From Octopus vulgaris (taxonomy: Eukaryota), in the NCBI GenBank assembly GCA_951406725.2, contig OX597814.1, forward strand, positions 142,848,001-142,912,000: 64,000 bases of DNA, read 5' to 3'. The notes below the pieces were generated by a model. That model was not told where the DNA came from, did not search any database, and saw only the letters and a program-made list of their open reading frames with translations. How positions within the stretch are numbered: position 1 is the stretch's first letter; every line of letters begins with the position of its first letter. This document shows positions 12,655 to 26,490 of the stretch, in pieces. Both the position numbers and the translations under genes were made by a program.

Positions 12655-12851
12655 TGCTTATTTCAGTCATTGGACAGCAGCCATGCCTTGATATATTTTT
12701 TTCTTTTTTTAGTAGAATAGATCGATCCCAGGCAGAAACAGATTTTTGAAAATCAGGTACATATTCTATCGATATTTTTTGCCGAATCGTATTACGAGGA
12801 CGTAAACAAAACATCAGTAGTTGTCAAGCGGTAGCGTGGGATAAACACACA

Positions 12852-12888
<37 letters not shown>

Positions 12889-13080
12889 CACACACACACA
12901 CAAACACACATACACACACACACATGATGGCTTCCATACAGTTTCCATCTTCCAAATTCACTAACAAGGCATTGCTTAGCCCGAGGCTGTAATAGAAAGT
13001 ATTTATCCAAAGTACCGCGGGTAGATTGAACCCCAAATCATGCGGTTACAAAGCAGATCTCTTAACCACAAACCCAAGCC
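12655..13080 (-). mobile_element. SINE family C
   Basis: Family C head, body and tail with (CA)n. Confidence 0.75.
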
Positions 13081-14464
13081 TATTTATTAATTTTTTTTTA
13101 AAATTTTATATTTTAACTTTTTAGCTTAATTTTTCAGGTTTGCTTAAAATCAAAGCGGAAACACTTGGTAAATTATGATGAATTTAGTTTATACTGTTAC
13201 TAATATAAATGCACCCACCCAAGCTAAATTTAGTGTAAATTTGTTTATTAGTTGCTAAAATATGAGTAATTGCCATAAATATCGCTTTATCAAGAAGGAA
13301 AATATTTTAACTTGTTTTTAATTTATAAGATACGACTAACTTGTGGCATTCCTGGGTCTCTTGAAGAGTTTCAGCCTTGGGTTGATGATTTAGAACATAA
13401 GGTATTAACATATATAATGTTGTTTGTTTTAGTTTTTGTTTATAAGTAGGAACGAAATTTTAAAACTTGTCTGTATGTGTGTACAGGAACTCACCTCCTT
13501 CTTTGCTTAAAGAAATAATGATGAAAGCGATAGTGGTGCGGTTGCAGCAATGGTAGTGCAGAGGCTGAAAGGAATTGGTAAAAGCATGAAAGGAAAAAAT
13601 ACGTTTTTTCTTATAAACAAATTGCGGAACAAAAACCTATTAGCCGACTTTGCTAGCTCACTTAAATAGTCACTATAGCCTGGATATAAAGCTAATATTA
13701 AGAATTGGTGGGCAACAGGCTTGTTAGAAAACATAAACTAGACCGAATATAGATATATGCATTTGGTAGAGCTGAGCAGAATTAAGAGAAGAGTATTGTA
13801 AAGTGTTCCTGAGTAGATTAAAAGCTTTATAAAAATCAACGGCGGTAAGGTCTGTAGATTAGAGGTAAGCTTCCAGCGATGTGATTCTGTGACTATTTTG
13901 ATTCATCATCGTAATAGCCATTACCCTGTCCCTTTGGGAAAGATAACTGGGTTAATCACCTATTAAAAACAATAGACAAAAACTTGGAATTGCAAATAGT
14001 CAAACAGATGAAATTAAGGAGAAAAAGAAAAGAAAACTGGAGTTCAAGGAAATTTGTCTTGATCTCTGTCGCCGAAATCAAATCAATAAAATTATCATAA
14101 AAACATCGTGCATAATACTACGCTATCACGAGCAGTATGCATCTCGAATCGGCGCCATAAATTGTCTTAAATAAATCACTCTATCATGTGTAATACGCAA
14201 TGTTGTCCAACTGTTATAAGGGTAGATGATTTACTACAATTCAATATAATAGTCTTTTGTTTTAGTATTTCATTTCATATAAAATAAATTTATATAGGCG
14301 TAGATATATTTGTGTGGCTAAGAAACTTGCCTTACCACAGCTTGGTTCGGGTTCAGTCCTACTGCGTGGGCACCTTGGTCAAGTGGTTCGACAAAAAGAC
14401 CGATAGAATATGTACTGAACTTTTACCTGTGACTAAGAAAAAAATCAGAAGTACAGGAGAAACA

Positions 14465-14660
14465 TTGATTTCAAATTTTGGCACAAAGCCAGCAAGTTCG
14501 GAGTAGGAGTAAGTCGATTACATCGATCCCAATGCTCAACTGGTACTTATTTTATATACTCCAAAACAATGAAAGGCAAAGTTGACCTCAGCGGAATTTG
14601 AACTCAGAACATAAAAACAGACGAAATGCCGGTAAACATTTTGCCTGGTGTGCTAACGAA
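14465..14660 (-). mobile_element. Older SINE family B subfamily
   Basis: B core with alternative tail GCTGGCTTTGTGCCAAAATTTGAAATC. Confidence 0.75.
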
Positions 14661-14731
14661 GAACGGAAGAACTATTACAATAAATAAATAAAATAAGTAA
14701 TAATCATAATAGTAACAATAATGGTTGGGAT

Positions 14732-15830
14732 CTTTTTATTTGCTTTAGGGGCATCAAATGAGGGGGACATTAGAAGTACAGTTTACAATTAGAGTGGGGA
14801 TTTCTATAAAAGATGAGGGGAAGAAAAGGAGAAGAGGTGGGATAAAAGTATACATAGTAAATATAATATGTGGACGCATGTATGATGCAGTCCTGATGCA
14901 AGAGAAATTTCAGCTAAGGCTAATCAAGGAACACTATAGATGCAGGATCACCCTTGCCCAATTGTTGTTCTTCAATATATAAGGAACTGCCCCAGCATGG
15001 CCACAGCTCAGGAGCTGAAACTAGATGAAATTAAAAAGATATCTTATTTTTGCTGCAGTCATCCACCTTTTCATTAATTAGTTAGGGGAAGCACTTCCCT
15101 CTCCGCCCTCACTTTCCTTTCCAAGTGGAGCTTAAAAAGTGTCGATGAGGGATTGATCGAAGAGGATAGTGTCTGTCGTCAATCCTTTTAGTCAGATCCA
15201 TTGCACAACCTTTTCACTATTGTCATTAGACAGAGAAAACACTGCCCGCCTAGCACTATTAATGGTGGACATATGGAGACGATCTTAACGATGGACTCAT
15301 CAATAGTTTTATCCGTCCTCCATGCAAAAGGGCTGTTGGACAGAATTCTACAAGTTATCGATCTTGGACACTGCACGAACGCGGGCAGAACGGTTTCGAT
15401 GCCCCCATCTGACAGTACTTTCATACCTGTAGAGTTGGCCACTTTGTAACTGTGACCATAGTGATCTTAGATATTACTTCAAGGCTAAAAATTTCTGGAA
15501 GTTATTCACAATTTTCCCCGGACCAAGAGTCTTTTGGAACAAATCCGCCAGCTGATCCTCGTAGATATATAGAATTTCACTGATGACACCGTCGCTCTTA
15601 CTTATCAGTAGTCCGCTGTATATTGGTTGCGTGGAACTGCCACTGATCATAGATTAGTAGAGGGCAGTGTGTGCTTGACAGCTTTCCAGATGCTAAACAA
15701 TCAATCTTGTTTTTTTTGTTGACTCAAGAGTGCAATACCACTAGAGAGACGAGCTCTGGAAATGGGTACCTTAGAAGAGAAGACCACACCTGAACACCGT
15801 CTAAGAATCCCTGCAGATGGCGTGGCCTCA
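14732..15830 (-). mobile_element. Decayed Tx1/L1-like LINE 3' end
   Basis: Minus-strand peptides ETVLPAFVQCPR (zinc-knuckle-like), QCFLCLMTIVK and KLHLERKVRAEREVLP; putative 3' tail at 14732-14781; many stops and frameshifts. Confidence 0.55.
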
Positions 15831-16369
15831 GTGTGTGTTTGTGCATCAGCAGCCACTGCGTGTCGAGCCCACCATGCAGAGCACGCTGGCAGCAGATGGA
15901 TAACTTGACTAGTGGAACGTGCTCCGTCTATGTTCCATTTGCCAGGAAAGATCAGAAGTTAACAGTTTTGAGAGGAGAGGATTCATTGATACGATCGATC
16001 CTAGTACTAGTGTGATATTTCATTTTATCAACCCCAGAGGGATAAAAGCAAAATTAACTTTGGTGGGATTTGAACTCAGAACATAAAGAATCGGAACAAA
16101 TATCAAAAAGCGTTATGTCCATCGCTTCAACGATTCTGCCAATCCAAGAGAAAACTTTGGGTCTGTGAGACTATAAGTAGTTTTTCGGGAAATCTAATGA
16201 GATCATGGGAAATTGAACTAAAGTGAGGAAGGGAATCCCTAGAAAATGTAAAAATCCGGGAGGAAATACTTTGGTAAGGTTTGCTGTCTCCCTTGCACTG
16301 CATAATTGCATTGATTCCTTTGACTAACATAGTAAAAAGTTCCAGACCTGTTTATAAGTTTATCAAGAA

Positions 16370-18090
16370 GTGAGAGAAAATAGATCGTTTGCTATATATG
16401 GATAACTTCAAAATTTACACCAAACAGGAAAAAAAAAAGATCTTGGCTCTTGTTTAAAAAAATTAAGAATATTTAGTAAAGATAATGATATGGAGACTTG
16501 GGGAGGTAAATAGTCAGTGTTAATTCAGGAAAGTAGAAAGGTTAAATCCGACTATATAAATATTTAATAAAATGATATCTTATGATCACGGAAAGAGAAT
16601 GAGGAATGCAATTACCTAGGGAGCAGCAGCATGATAAAATAATGGAAAGAGAAATGAGATAAACTCTCTAAAGACAAAATTTAAGAGGATGATCAAAATA
16701 AAACTAAATGGAGAGTAATTCATCAAAACAGACAACACTTAGGCCATAGTGGAAAAGATAGAACTACATGAATTGGCTAGGACGAAGAAGCTGCTCATAA
16801 TGTATAACGCACATCTAAAATAATATCAACAGGCTCTGACTATCAATAAAGAGGCAAAGCCATTTTAAATATGCTAAAGGGCATGATTATTAGTTTGAAA
16901 ACTATGCTTGATATATAATGTGGAAATAATGTTGTGTATGTGTGGAAATATTAAAGCAATACAGAAATGGAAAGATTTCAAGAGTGGCAAATAGCTGGAA
17001 AGAAAAAGGCTAATCTATGCGATTAGCTGAAAAAGCTGGACGTGAAGAACGCTGAGGGATGGAAATCTAAAAAGAAAAACTGAATCATTAATTACAGCTC
17101 CCCAGGAAGGAAGGAGCAGAACGAATTTGATAAAGACTAAGTGGTAAAAACCAGTCAGGCAGCAAATACAGAATATGTGAGATAGAGAGGGAAGTATTAA
17201 CTACCTTTCAGACAAGAACTGTAAGCTAGCACAAAATGAGTATAAACGCAATTATGACCGTGTCGGTAAAAGAGAGCATTGGGATGTTACCTAAGTGTGT
17301 GGATTTGAAGATACAGATTAGTGGTGTAAAGATGAACCAGTGGGTATGGTAGTGAATGATGATTACGAGATTTTATAGGATTTCTCCATAGAGACTGATC
17401 GTATAAATGCATTAAGACCAGATATGATCGGAAAGTATAAAGAAGATATTCTGTTCAATCGTTGTCTTTGCAATGTCAAACGTTATATGATGCTAGAATG
17501 GATTTCAAGGAAATTGAGAAAACTGCGAAAAGTGGGTGAGGGCCAGAGAGAGGCAAGACGTGGTATGAGCACAAACCGCAGAGATTGGCGGAGTCGGAGA
17601 GTAGCAAAATCCTATGAGATTTCCCAATCCAAACAGATAAGGTGCTAGAACATAACAGACCGGACCTTGTGGTGGTGGTGGTGGTGGTGGATAAGGTGCA
17701 CCACATATACCATATAGTTGATGTTGTATACCCCTTTGACCCACGAATGGTAAAGAAGGAATATGAAAAGATAGATAGGTGCAACCCTCCTAAGAACGAA
17801 ATAGCCCGGCTGTGGAAAATGAAGAAAGTGAAGATAGTGTCAGTTATTACAGGGTCCTTGGAAACGGTATTAGAAGGCATCAAGAGGAATATAAAGGAAA
17901 TTGGAATAGAGTGCCCAGTAGAACTATTACAAAAGGTTTGTTTTTTTGGCAAAGCCAGAATAATCAGGCAAGTATTACATAGCTGAAAAAACCCCCCGAA
18001 TATCATGGTGCCGCATGCTGCAGGTAGTAAGCTCACTACGCATGTAAGATGCCAGGAGCTCCAACAAAACCTGTGATTAAGAGAAAATAA
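16370..18090 (+). mobile_element. Decayed R4/Dong-like RLE-clade non-LTR retrotransposon
   Basis: LLYMDNFKIY (RT), CKLAQNEYKRNYDRVG, HNRPDLV...VD...EK endonuclease motif and LLQKVCFFGKARIIRQVL*; ends in AAT repeats. Confidence 0.8.
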
Positions 18091-18096
18091 TAATGA

Positions 18097-18717
18097 TCCT
18101 TTCTACTATAGACACAAGACCTGAAATTGTGGGGAAGGAGACTAGTCAATTACATCGACCCCCTAACTGGTACTTACTTCATCAGACCCTGAAAGGATGA
18201 AAAGCAAAGTCGACCTCGGCGGAATTTGAACTCGGAACGTAACGACGGACGAAATGCCGCTAAGTATTTTGCACGGCGTGCTAACAATTCTGCTAGCTCG
18301 CAGCCGTAAAAATGATGATAATTCTTTCTGCTATAGACACAAGGCCTGAAATTTGGTCCCCGAAAAAATGAAAAGCAAAGTCGACCAAGGCGGAATTTGA
18401 ACTCAGAATCTAAAGATGGACGAAATGCTGCTAAGTACTTTATCCGGCGTGCCAATGGCTCTGCCACTTCGCTGCCCTAAATAATTATAATAATAATTCT
18501 TTCTACTAAAGGCACAAGGCCTGAAATTTTAAAGGAGTGAATAAATTGATTACATCGACCCCAGCACTCGCCCGGTGCTTATTTTATCGACTTCCGTAAG
18601 GATGAAAGGCAAAGTCGACATCGGCAGAATTTGACCTGAAAAAAAAAAGCGTAAATACGGACGAAATACCGCTAAGCAATTTCTTCGGCGTGCTAACGAT
18701 TCTGCCAGTTCGGCCGT
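18097..18717 (-). mobile_element. Tandem trimer of older family B SINEs separated by AAT-rich spacers
   Basis: Three B cores, each with tail CTTGTG.CT.TAG.AGAAAG plus ATT repeats on the minus strand. Confidence 0.85.
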
Positions 18718-18719
18718 AA

Positions 18720-19122
18720 CTAGTTGACCATGTCCCTTAGTGGCTGACGATATGCGCATCTCTGATCACAAGGAGAAGTAGTGGAGGAGCATCATAGACG
18801 TGTGTTGAAAGGAATTCTTAGAGGTTTGGATAATTCACCTTTGGAAACATGGGTGGATTGTTTAAGGATGTTTCCTTAAACAATCCTTATTCAGGGACCT
18901 TTTGTGCGGGATGGGCTACTCGACCAGAAGAAAATTCTAACTGGGCCCCACCTGCAAGGTCATGCGCTGTTTATCTTGATATGAGCTCACCATGTCGCGC
19001 ACATATGGTTGTGATGCATGTGCCTGGTGTACCCTTATCAAACGGGTAGTCATGATGGGTATAGTGGGCTTCGTATATTTTACCCCAGTGTCACTTTGAT
19101 GGCATGCACTGCTCTCTCACTC
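18720..19122 (+). mobile_element. Unclassified element ending in (AAT)n
   Basis: GC-richer non-coding block ending GCTCTCTCACTC then (AAT)n, directly upstream of a Dong-like copy. Confidence 0.4.
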
Positions 19123-19186
19123 AATAATAATAATAATAATAACAATAATAACAACAACAACAACAACAACAATAATAATAATAATG

Positions 19187-19237
<51 letters not shown>

Positions 19238-19239
<2 letters not shown>

Positions 19240-19726
19240 GGTCACAGAAAACGAGAAAGCAACCATACTCTGGGATATGCCGATACACACAGATAGAGAA
19301 ATTAAGGCCAACAGACCAGATATAGTTGTCAGAGATCATGAAGAAAAAAAATGCTTTCTAATTGATGTATCAATACCGGCTCATGACAACGTGTCTCTAA
19401 AAGAAATGGAGAAACTCTCAAAATACAAAGACCTGGAAATAGAGGTAACTAGAATGTGGAATCTGAAAACAGAAACAATTCCTATCATAGTAGGTGCATT
19501 AGGCATGATAAAAAAATATTCAGACAAATACATAACAAAAACACCAGGACTTACAAACACATATAACATACAGAAAATTGCACTACTAGGCACTGCACAC
19601 ATCCTACGCAGAACACTTTCCATACAATAACCATCAGAGCATCACAACAAATCACAGCACATACCCAAGGCACACAGAGCTGCGCTCGGTAGTGAAGTGA
19701 AAGCACGCTATAAAAATAAAACTACC

Positions 19727-19727
<1 letters not shown>
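19238..19727 (+). mobile_element. 5'-truncated R4/Dong-like element with intact restriction-like endonuclease domain, inside (AAT)n
   Basis: ILWDMPIHTDREIKANRPDIVV...LIDVSIP...EKLSKY...IPIIVGALG...LLGTAHILRRTL; (AAT)n on both flanks. Confidence 0.9.
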
Positions 19728-19760
<33 letters not shown>

Positions 19761-20634
19761 AAGAAGAAGAAGAAGAAGAAGAAGAAGAAGAAGAAGAACA
19801 AGAACAAGAACAAGAAGAACAAGAAGAACAAGAAGAACAAGAAGAACAAGAAGAAGAACAAGAAGAAGAAACAACAGTACATTCTGTAAGCAACAGAGTA
19901 TTTTAAAGTGTGTTTATTTGAATGAGTACGCATAATGAATCTAAGGAGAATCGAAAGTGTAACGATTTAACTGCTACTCTTAAATTAGCTTGGATTTTTA
20001 ATTTTTAATCTAAAGCAATCTACAGAACAAGACTTAGAATGTTTACATAGGCACAAGAGATTATATCATGAGAAGCATGAATATTAAATAAATTAACTAA
20101 AATGAATAAACGGAATCATAAGCGTATCTAGTTAGTGGCGCTGTGAAAGTAGGGCCGGGCCGTATGTGGTTGGTCCCCCTTTCAGCAGATTGGTATCACG
20201 ATCGAATCAAAATGGTTTCCTTATTAATTAACGATAACTCATCGGGATTTGCTTACATTTTCTTCCCGAGATACCGAACGATTATGAATGAATGCTTTTT
20301 TTTAAAAAAATGTTAAGAAATACGTCTGGCTAGATAAACATCTTTGACGTAATGGTATAAGGTTGTGAGCTAAACTAATTACTAGAGAGACAGATATAGC
20401 ATCTGTAGTGAACACACACACACACACACATACACACACACACACATATACATACACACACACATGCATATAAATGATATATGTTTATAGATGTCTGTAA
20501 CCTGACACAATATAGTGTTCCTTGAGGGTCCGTTATGGCCCACCATTTATATATATTTGAAACATCTGTTTCACTATAATGGTGAAGCGTGCGTGCAGGA
20601 ACTTTAATATAAACAATACAAAAAAGTTTATTCC

Positions 20635-20761
20635 TGTGTATATATATATATATATGTAAGTATGTATGTATATATGTATATATATATATATATATATATA
20701 CATACATACTTACATATATATATACATATATACATATATATATACATATATACATATATAT

Positions 20762-20826
<65 letters not shown>

Positions 20827-20859
20827 TACATACATACTTACATATATATATATATATAT

Positions 20860-20890
<31 letters not shown>

Positions 20891-20898
20891 TATGTAAG

Positions 20899-20955
<57 letters not shown>
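20635..20955. repeat. Long compound TA/TACA microsatellite
   Basis: Direct inspection. Confidence 0.95.
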
Positions 20956-20957
<2 letters not shown>

Positions 20958-22155
20958 GCAGTCATATCGGTCATGTGTGTTTAGTCACTCTTAAATAAGT
21001 TTCACGAAGGATAAGGACCAAAGCGCGAACGGAAACAGAATCTAGTCTCCAGGAAGATATTTGAGCTAATATTTTTTCACTGAAAAACTACCAGAATCAA
21101 CGTAATTTACTGATACAGTGAAAGCTCTTGAAGCCGAACTAAATTTCATTCAACTGCTCTGTTACTAGAAAAAGATAAATAGATAAAATAAAAAGAAAGG
21201 AAGATAGTAAATGTTATTACATCGATTAATAAACAGAATAGAATTCCACCGAAATATTTCAAGATGGTAGCCTTGTACTTTTGTTTATTCTAACAATGAC
21301 TCCGTTATCAGCTCATTCCACAACTTTTATGTCAATGACACAAATAGCAAAGGCACCATGGACATATTTAGAAATGAAGAGTATCAGTGGGGTATTCCAA
21401 TACAAACAATATACCTGAAATCTGATATATCACTCTGTGGAACAGGAACAGAACGCATGCATGCTGCAGGTATAAATGTTTGTCTCTTCTAAAGTTGCGT
21501 TGATGGAAAGTAGTAAATTCAAAGCGAACTAGTAGACAACATATGTAGTTTCTTAACCCTGATTATACACGCCTTTATGCATATACGTAATTATCAGTGC
21601 ATAAAGTTATTCAAGAAATTCTTCGGGGGTAGTAAGTAAGTTAGAGAAAATTATGGATTTAGCTGAAACTGTAACAAACATGAACTTATTTACTGCGTTG
21701 GAACATTGCAGAATATAAAATAAATTCCAAAACATCCATTTGAATCCGTTAAAAGTGGAAATTTATTTCTATGAGCAAAAAAGGCCTGTTACACTCCAAA
21801 TGTTTCCTAATCAAAATTAATCTATAATGCTAATGAATATTTCTTCTCGTTTACAAATTGTATAAATCTATTTTTCGCATTACATTATGTAAGCCCTCTT
21901 TTCTATGTACATGTTTCACGCAGAAACCGACCGACCCTGAATAATTTCTATTTATTTGTTTGTTTGTTTGTTTGTTTGTTTTTGCACCGCCAATCGTTCC
22001 TCTAACAAATAAGACTTGTTACTGTTAGAGGGGACTAGCTCTTATTTCGCTGTAACGGAAACACCTAAATAAATACCAAGAATGCACACATATATACTAT
22101 TACACTAGAATAAAAACATATGTACGAGTTAGTATAGTAGGCAATAGGGATGAAC

Positions 22156-22266
<111 letters not shown>

Positions 22267-22492
22267 TGTACTGCGCATGTACTCTGACATTTCGTCAGTC
22301 ACCGATCGTATCAGACTATCAATGGGTGTCTTTTTAAAATACACCCAAACATTGATAAACGTGCACTTCATAACACTTCTCCAGAACTAATTATTAGCTA
22401 AGGGCGTTAGTACTACATTTTTATGTATGTCAAGCCCAAAAAGAATGTACTTTGGTAATAAACAAAACTTTTTGATATTATTATTATTATTA

Positions 22493-22523
<31 letters not shown>

Positions 22524-23133
22524 CATTATTATTATTATTATTATTATTATACTTTGGTATAGAAAAATACTTAGATCCTACATTTGAATCTAAATTTTAT
22601 ATTACATTTATTCAGTTCCGTTTTTCATTTTACTTTAAGAGTGTTTATTTTAGTTCTTAATATAAGCTACACTAACACCATCTAGTCTCACCTACCGTGC
22701 CAGTGTCAGTTTATAAATTAATATACACACATACATACAAATATACACACACACACATATTCACCCCCCACCACCACCACCCTTCAAGCTACTAAGATTA
22801 TATTTAATTCAGTGTCTGCCATGTTTACTTCGTATTGTTTTCAATGTGTTGATAAAATATATTTTCAGAACATCTACTGTCTTAATTTCTTTTCCTCACA
22901 GTAGAAAAACAAAACATTACCAAATAGCAACAGTCGAGTCTAGAAAATATTATTTTGACTCTTTCTCTCCTATCTTCAAAGTTCTATTTTCTAAATTTGA
23001 CGTTATTAAAAAGCAAAGGTCCCCAGTGACTCATTATTTACGGTCGTTATTGATAGTTGTAACATTAATTTCATACAAACATACATACATACATACATAC
23101 ATACATACATACATACATACATACATACATACA

Positions 23134-23682
23134 TCATGGCTGCCCCCTCGTTATCGAGTATGACCATTGCACGAAGCTTAACTGTTACTGGTGCTGTGAT
23201 CGAATGTGCCCAGCTAAAGATCTACAATGTCTTGTACAGAATTGGCAACTAATACCTTTACCGGTAATAGCCGGCTGTAGTTGTAACTGGGCTTCATGTA
23301 CCTTTGCCTGTCGTTTAAGTCCTCCTGCTGAATTACACTCTTTTCCACATGCCCGACAGATATGATTAGTATTGTGTGTAACACCACCACCAGTGGCCAG
23401 GTTGTCACTCATCTGTCTCGCTTTATGACTACGAAGATGGCTCTTGAGTCCAGCTTTGCTGAGGCAGGGTCTTGCACAGACACTGCATGTCAGCATCACA
23501 AGAAGACCCTTCCCATCTGGAAGTGTAACAACGATGCCCTTCCTGACATCTCTCCTTACTTTCACATGTGCAACTCGAGATTTCTCAAAAGTGGCTGTCC
23601 CTTCGTGCACAATCCCTCTCCACCTGCTACGATCAATAGCTATGCCTTCCCATGTGTCAGGAGAGATGCAAGTAGGAGAGTG
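23134..23682 (-). mobile_element. 5'-truncated RTE-clade LINE with three C-terminal C2H2-like fingers, inside (ATAC)n
   Basis: WEGIAIDRSRWR (RTE ORF C-terminal motif); CSVC..HLRSH, CRAC..QAKVH, CQFC..HIRSQH. Confidence 0.85.
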
Positions 23683-23736
23683 CATACATACATACATACA
23701 TACATACATACATACATACATACATACATACATACA

Positions 23737-23768
<32 letters not shown>

Positions 23769-24123
23769 CACATACATACATATGATGATGACGGATTAAC
23801 TGGCTGAAACTTCGAAGTCACTATCGATACTATTCTTGTTGAAGAATAATAATTTTGTACTGTACAAACGTGTAGAGTAACCTACCTGATTAATGTAAAA
23901 TTGTTTATATTATAACTGAACATATTAAGGCAGCAAGTTGGCAGAACCGTTGGCATGCCGGGTAATATGCTTAGCAGCATTTCGTTCGTCTTCGCGTTCT
24001 GAGTTCAAATTCCACTGAGGTCGACTTTGCGTTTCATCCTTTCGGGGTCGATAGAATCGACTTAGCTCCTCTTCGAAATTGCTGGTCTTGTTCCGAAATT
24101 TGATACCAGTATAATTGAACATA

Positions 24124-24535
24124 GGCGCAGGAGTGGCTGTGTGGTAAGCAGCTTGCTAACCAAACACATGGTTCCGGGTTCAGTCCCACTGCGTGGCATC
24201 TTGGGCAAGAGTCTTCTGCTATAGCCCCGAGCTGACCAATGCCTTGTGAGTGGATTTGGTTGACGGAAACTGAAAGAAGCCTGTCGTATATATGTATATA
24301 TATATAAGTGTGTGTGTATATGTTTGTGTGTGTGTGTTTGTCCTCCTAGCATTGCTTGACAACCGATGTTGGTGTGTTTACGTCCCCGTCATTTAGCAGT
24401 TCGGCAAAAGAGACCGATAGAATAAGTACTGGGCTTACAAAGAATAAGTCCCGGGGTCGATTTGCTCGACTAAAGGCGGTGCTCCAGCATGGCCGCAGTC
24501 AAATGACTGAAACAAGTAAAAGAGTAAAGAGAATA
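24124..24535 (+). mobile_element. SINE family C, full-length reference copy
   Basis: GGCGCAGGAGTGGCTGTGTGGTAAG head, GGTTCAGTCCC B box, tail CAGCATGGCCGCAGTCAAATGACTGAAACAAGTAAAAGAGTAAAGAG. Confidence 0.9.
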
Positions 24536-24544
24536 CAAAGAAAC

Positions 24545-24591
<47 letters not shown>

Positions 24592-24870
24592 TGAACTTTT
24601 ACAAGATGGACGGCAGTGACTTTCGGAGTTTCTGTAATTTCTCTTCTTGAAAAAGCTTAATACACATGTACTCTAGAAAATGTATTGCGTATTTCTTTAT
24701 TTTGATCTTAACTTGTTTGTATGTAACTTCACGTATAACAAACATTAATTATATATGTACGTGTACGAGTGTGTGCGCATGCACGTGCGTGTGTGTATGT
24801 GTGTGTGTATATAGATAGATAAATAAATATTTAGATATATGATTGTGCGCGCGCGTGTGTCTGCGTGTAC

Positions 24871-24913
<43 letters not shown>

Positions 24914-25252
24914 GCTTCGTGTTTTCTAATAAATATTCCAAGAGTTTAACGCTTTTATCATCATGTAATATTCTTGTTGAAATAGCGAATAATTTAACCC
25001 AATACATTCGAACTGACAAATACCAGCCCTGCCTCCCCAAAATATTTATGAAATTCTTGGGCACCACCTCTTTTTTTCTCTTTTTTATAAATAAAAACAA
25101 AATAGAATTTATATACATATATTTTGTCTTCATTCGTAATACTACTGGACATGCTTAAAATGATGGAAACACAGTTATTTTGTATCTTGATTGGGTCATC
25201 ATGCAAATAATAAACACGCACATAGATTATGTTACTTCTTTTATTATTGTTG

Positions 25253-25503
25253 TTATTATTAGTCAATTCATTAGCATTTGATCATTTGATTAATCGATTG
25301 TTTGATTAACCTTCCGGTCAATCAATCAGTCAGCTAGATTTGTCAAAGTCCTTTCGTAGCCATTCACGACCTCATCAATTATATGACTTTCTGTTCCATG
25401 TCTGCTTGCAGACAAACCTAGATGATTGATTGATGGATCTATAGATTAGTCGGACAATCGATTAGGTAATTTGTTAAATGCTAACAAATTGACTAATAAT
25501 AAA
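25253..25503 (-). mobile_element. About 92-bp imperfect inverted arms flanking a degenerate hammerhead-like core
   Basis: Arms 25253-25344 and 25412-25503; minus-strand interior TTGATGAGGTCGTGAATGGCTACGAAAGGACTTT. Confidence 0.6.
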
Positions 25504-25899
25504 ATTAGGGAAATAGAACCAGTGATTGTGTTTATTTTTGTCATAATGACCCTCCTGCGATACAACAAAATATGTTTCAGCACATGAGTTCTCATCAAGA
25601 ATCTTGCAAACCAAATGTAAATTTTATGAAACAAGAAAACAGTGTTTCCTCATAATCTGTTTATCTTTCCTCTGCGCGAAACACTGTTCTACACTCCGGG
25701 TTCTATATGCAAAGTTGGGCCTCCCAACTTTAATAGACCAAAGACTTTTTTTCCTAAATATATACTGTTGAGAATGTGGTGCATCTAATATGTTCGTGTG
25801 TCATTTAGGCTATTAAATACGATAATTTATTTATAGTGAATATAAAACTAACATAGAGCTGTGAGAAAACATTACCACACCGCATCACACTCCCCACTA

Positions 25900-26490
25900 A
25901 ATATGAGTATCACACTGCTAAAGCCTTCAAAGTAGCTCCAAATGTTGGACTTTGCTATCACTGAGGATCTCTCTTGGCGAAAGCACATTCTTAGCTTATA
26001 GATAGAACTGCATCCTAAGGACTGGCTTTTTCTGTAGGGCCAGAAAATATTTTAGCCCCAACAGCTGCCTATACCTTGTAAGGACTACAGTTTAATACTG
26101 TTCCCAAATTTGGTACTATGCTGTTGCATAGTACCAGACAACATTATGTGAAGGTCAACAAAATTAAATTCACTCACTAACTGAAATTTCATTTCGGTTG
26201 TTTGCATGTTTGGTTTTTCATGCAACCCCTTTCTCTGATGATCTAGTATTGAGGCCAGCGCACAATTACACTAACACCGGTAATTCTTGCATCAAGTTCA
26301 GCTTCTTGCCTTCCATCATTCGTGAGAATGATCCCAAGACATTTAAACTTCTCTGTCTCTTTATAATACATGTTGAGTTACGCTAGGTTTCTTTGAGACA
26401 ACTAATGTCTCAGACTTCTCAACTTCTCAACATTTTCTTTCTTGCCTTGCAGCACTAGGTAGCAAACTATTTAATCCACGCTGAAGACCA
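25900..26490. mobile_element. Abutting LINE RT fragments (CR1-like plus strand, RTE-like minus strand)
   Basis: Plus strand AITEDLSWRKHI...RARKYFSP; minus strand EKFKCLGIILTNDGRQEAELDARI. Confidence 0.55.

Noticed and set aside
23185-23781. C2H2 zinc-finger transcription factor gene
   Set aside because: The fingers follow an RTE ORF motif, lack TGEKP linkers, and the start codon lies in a microsatellite.
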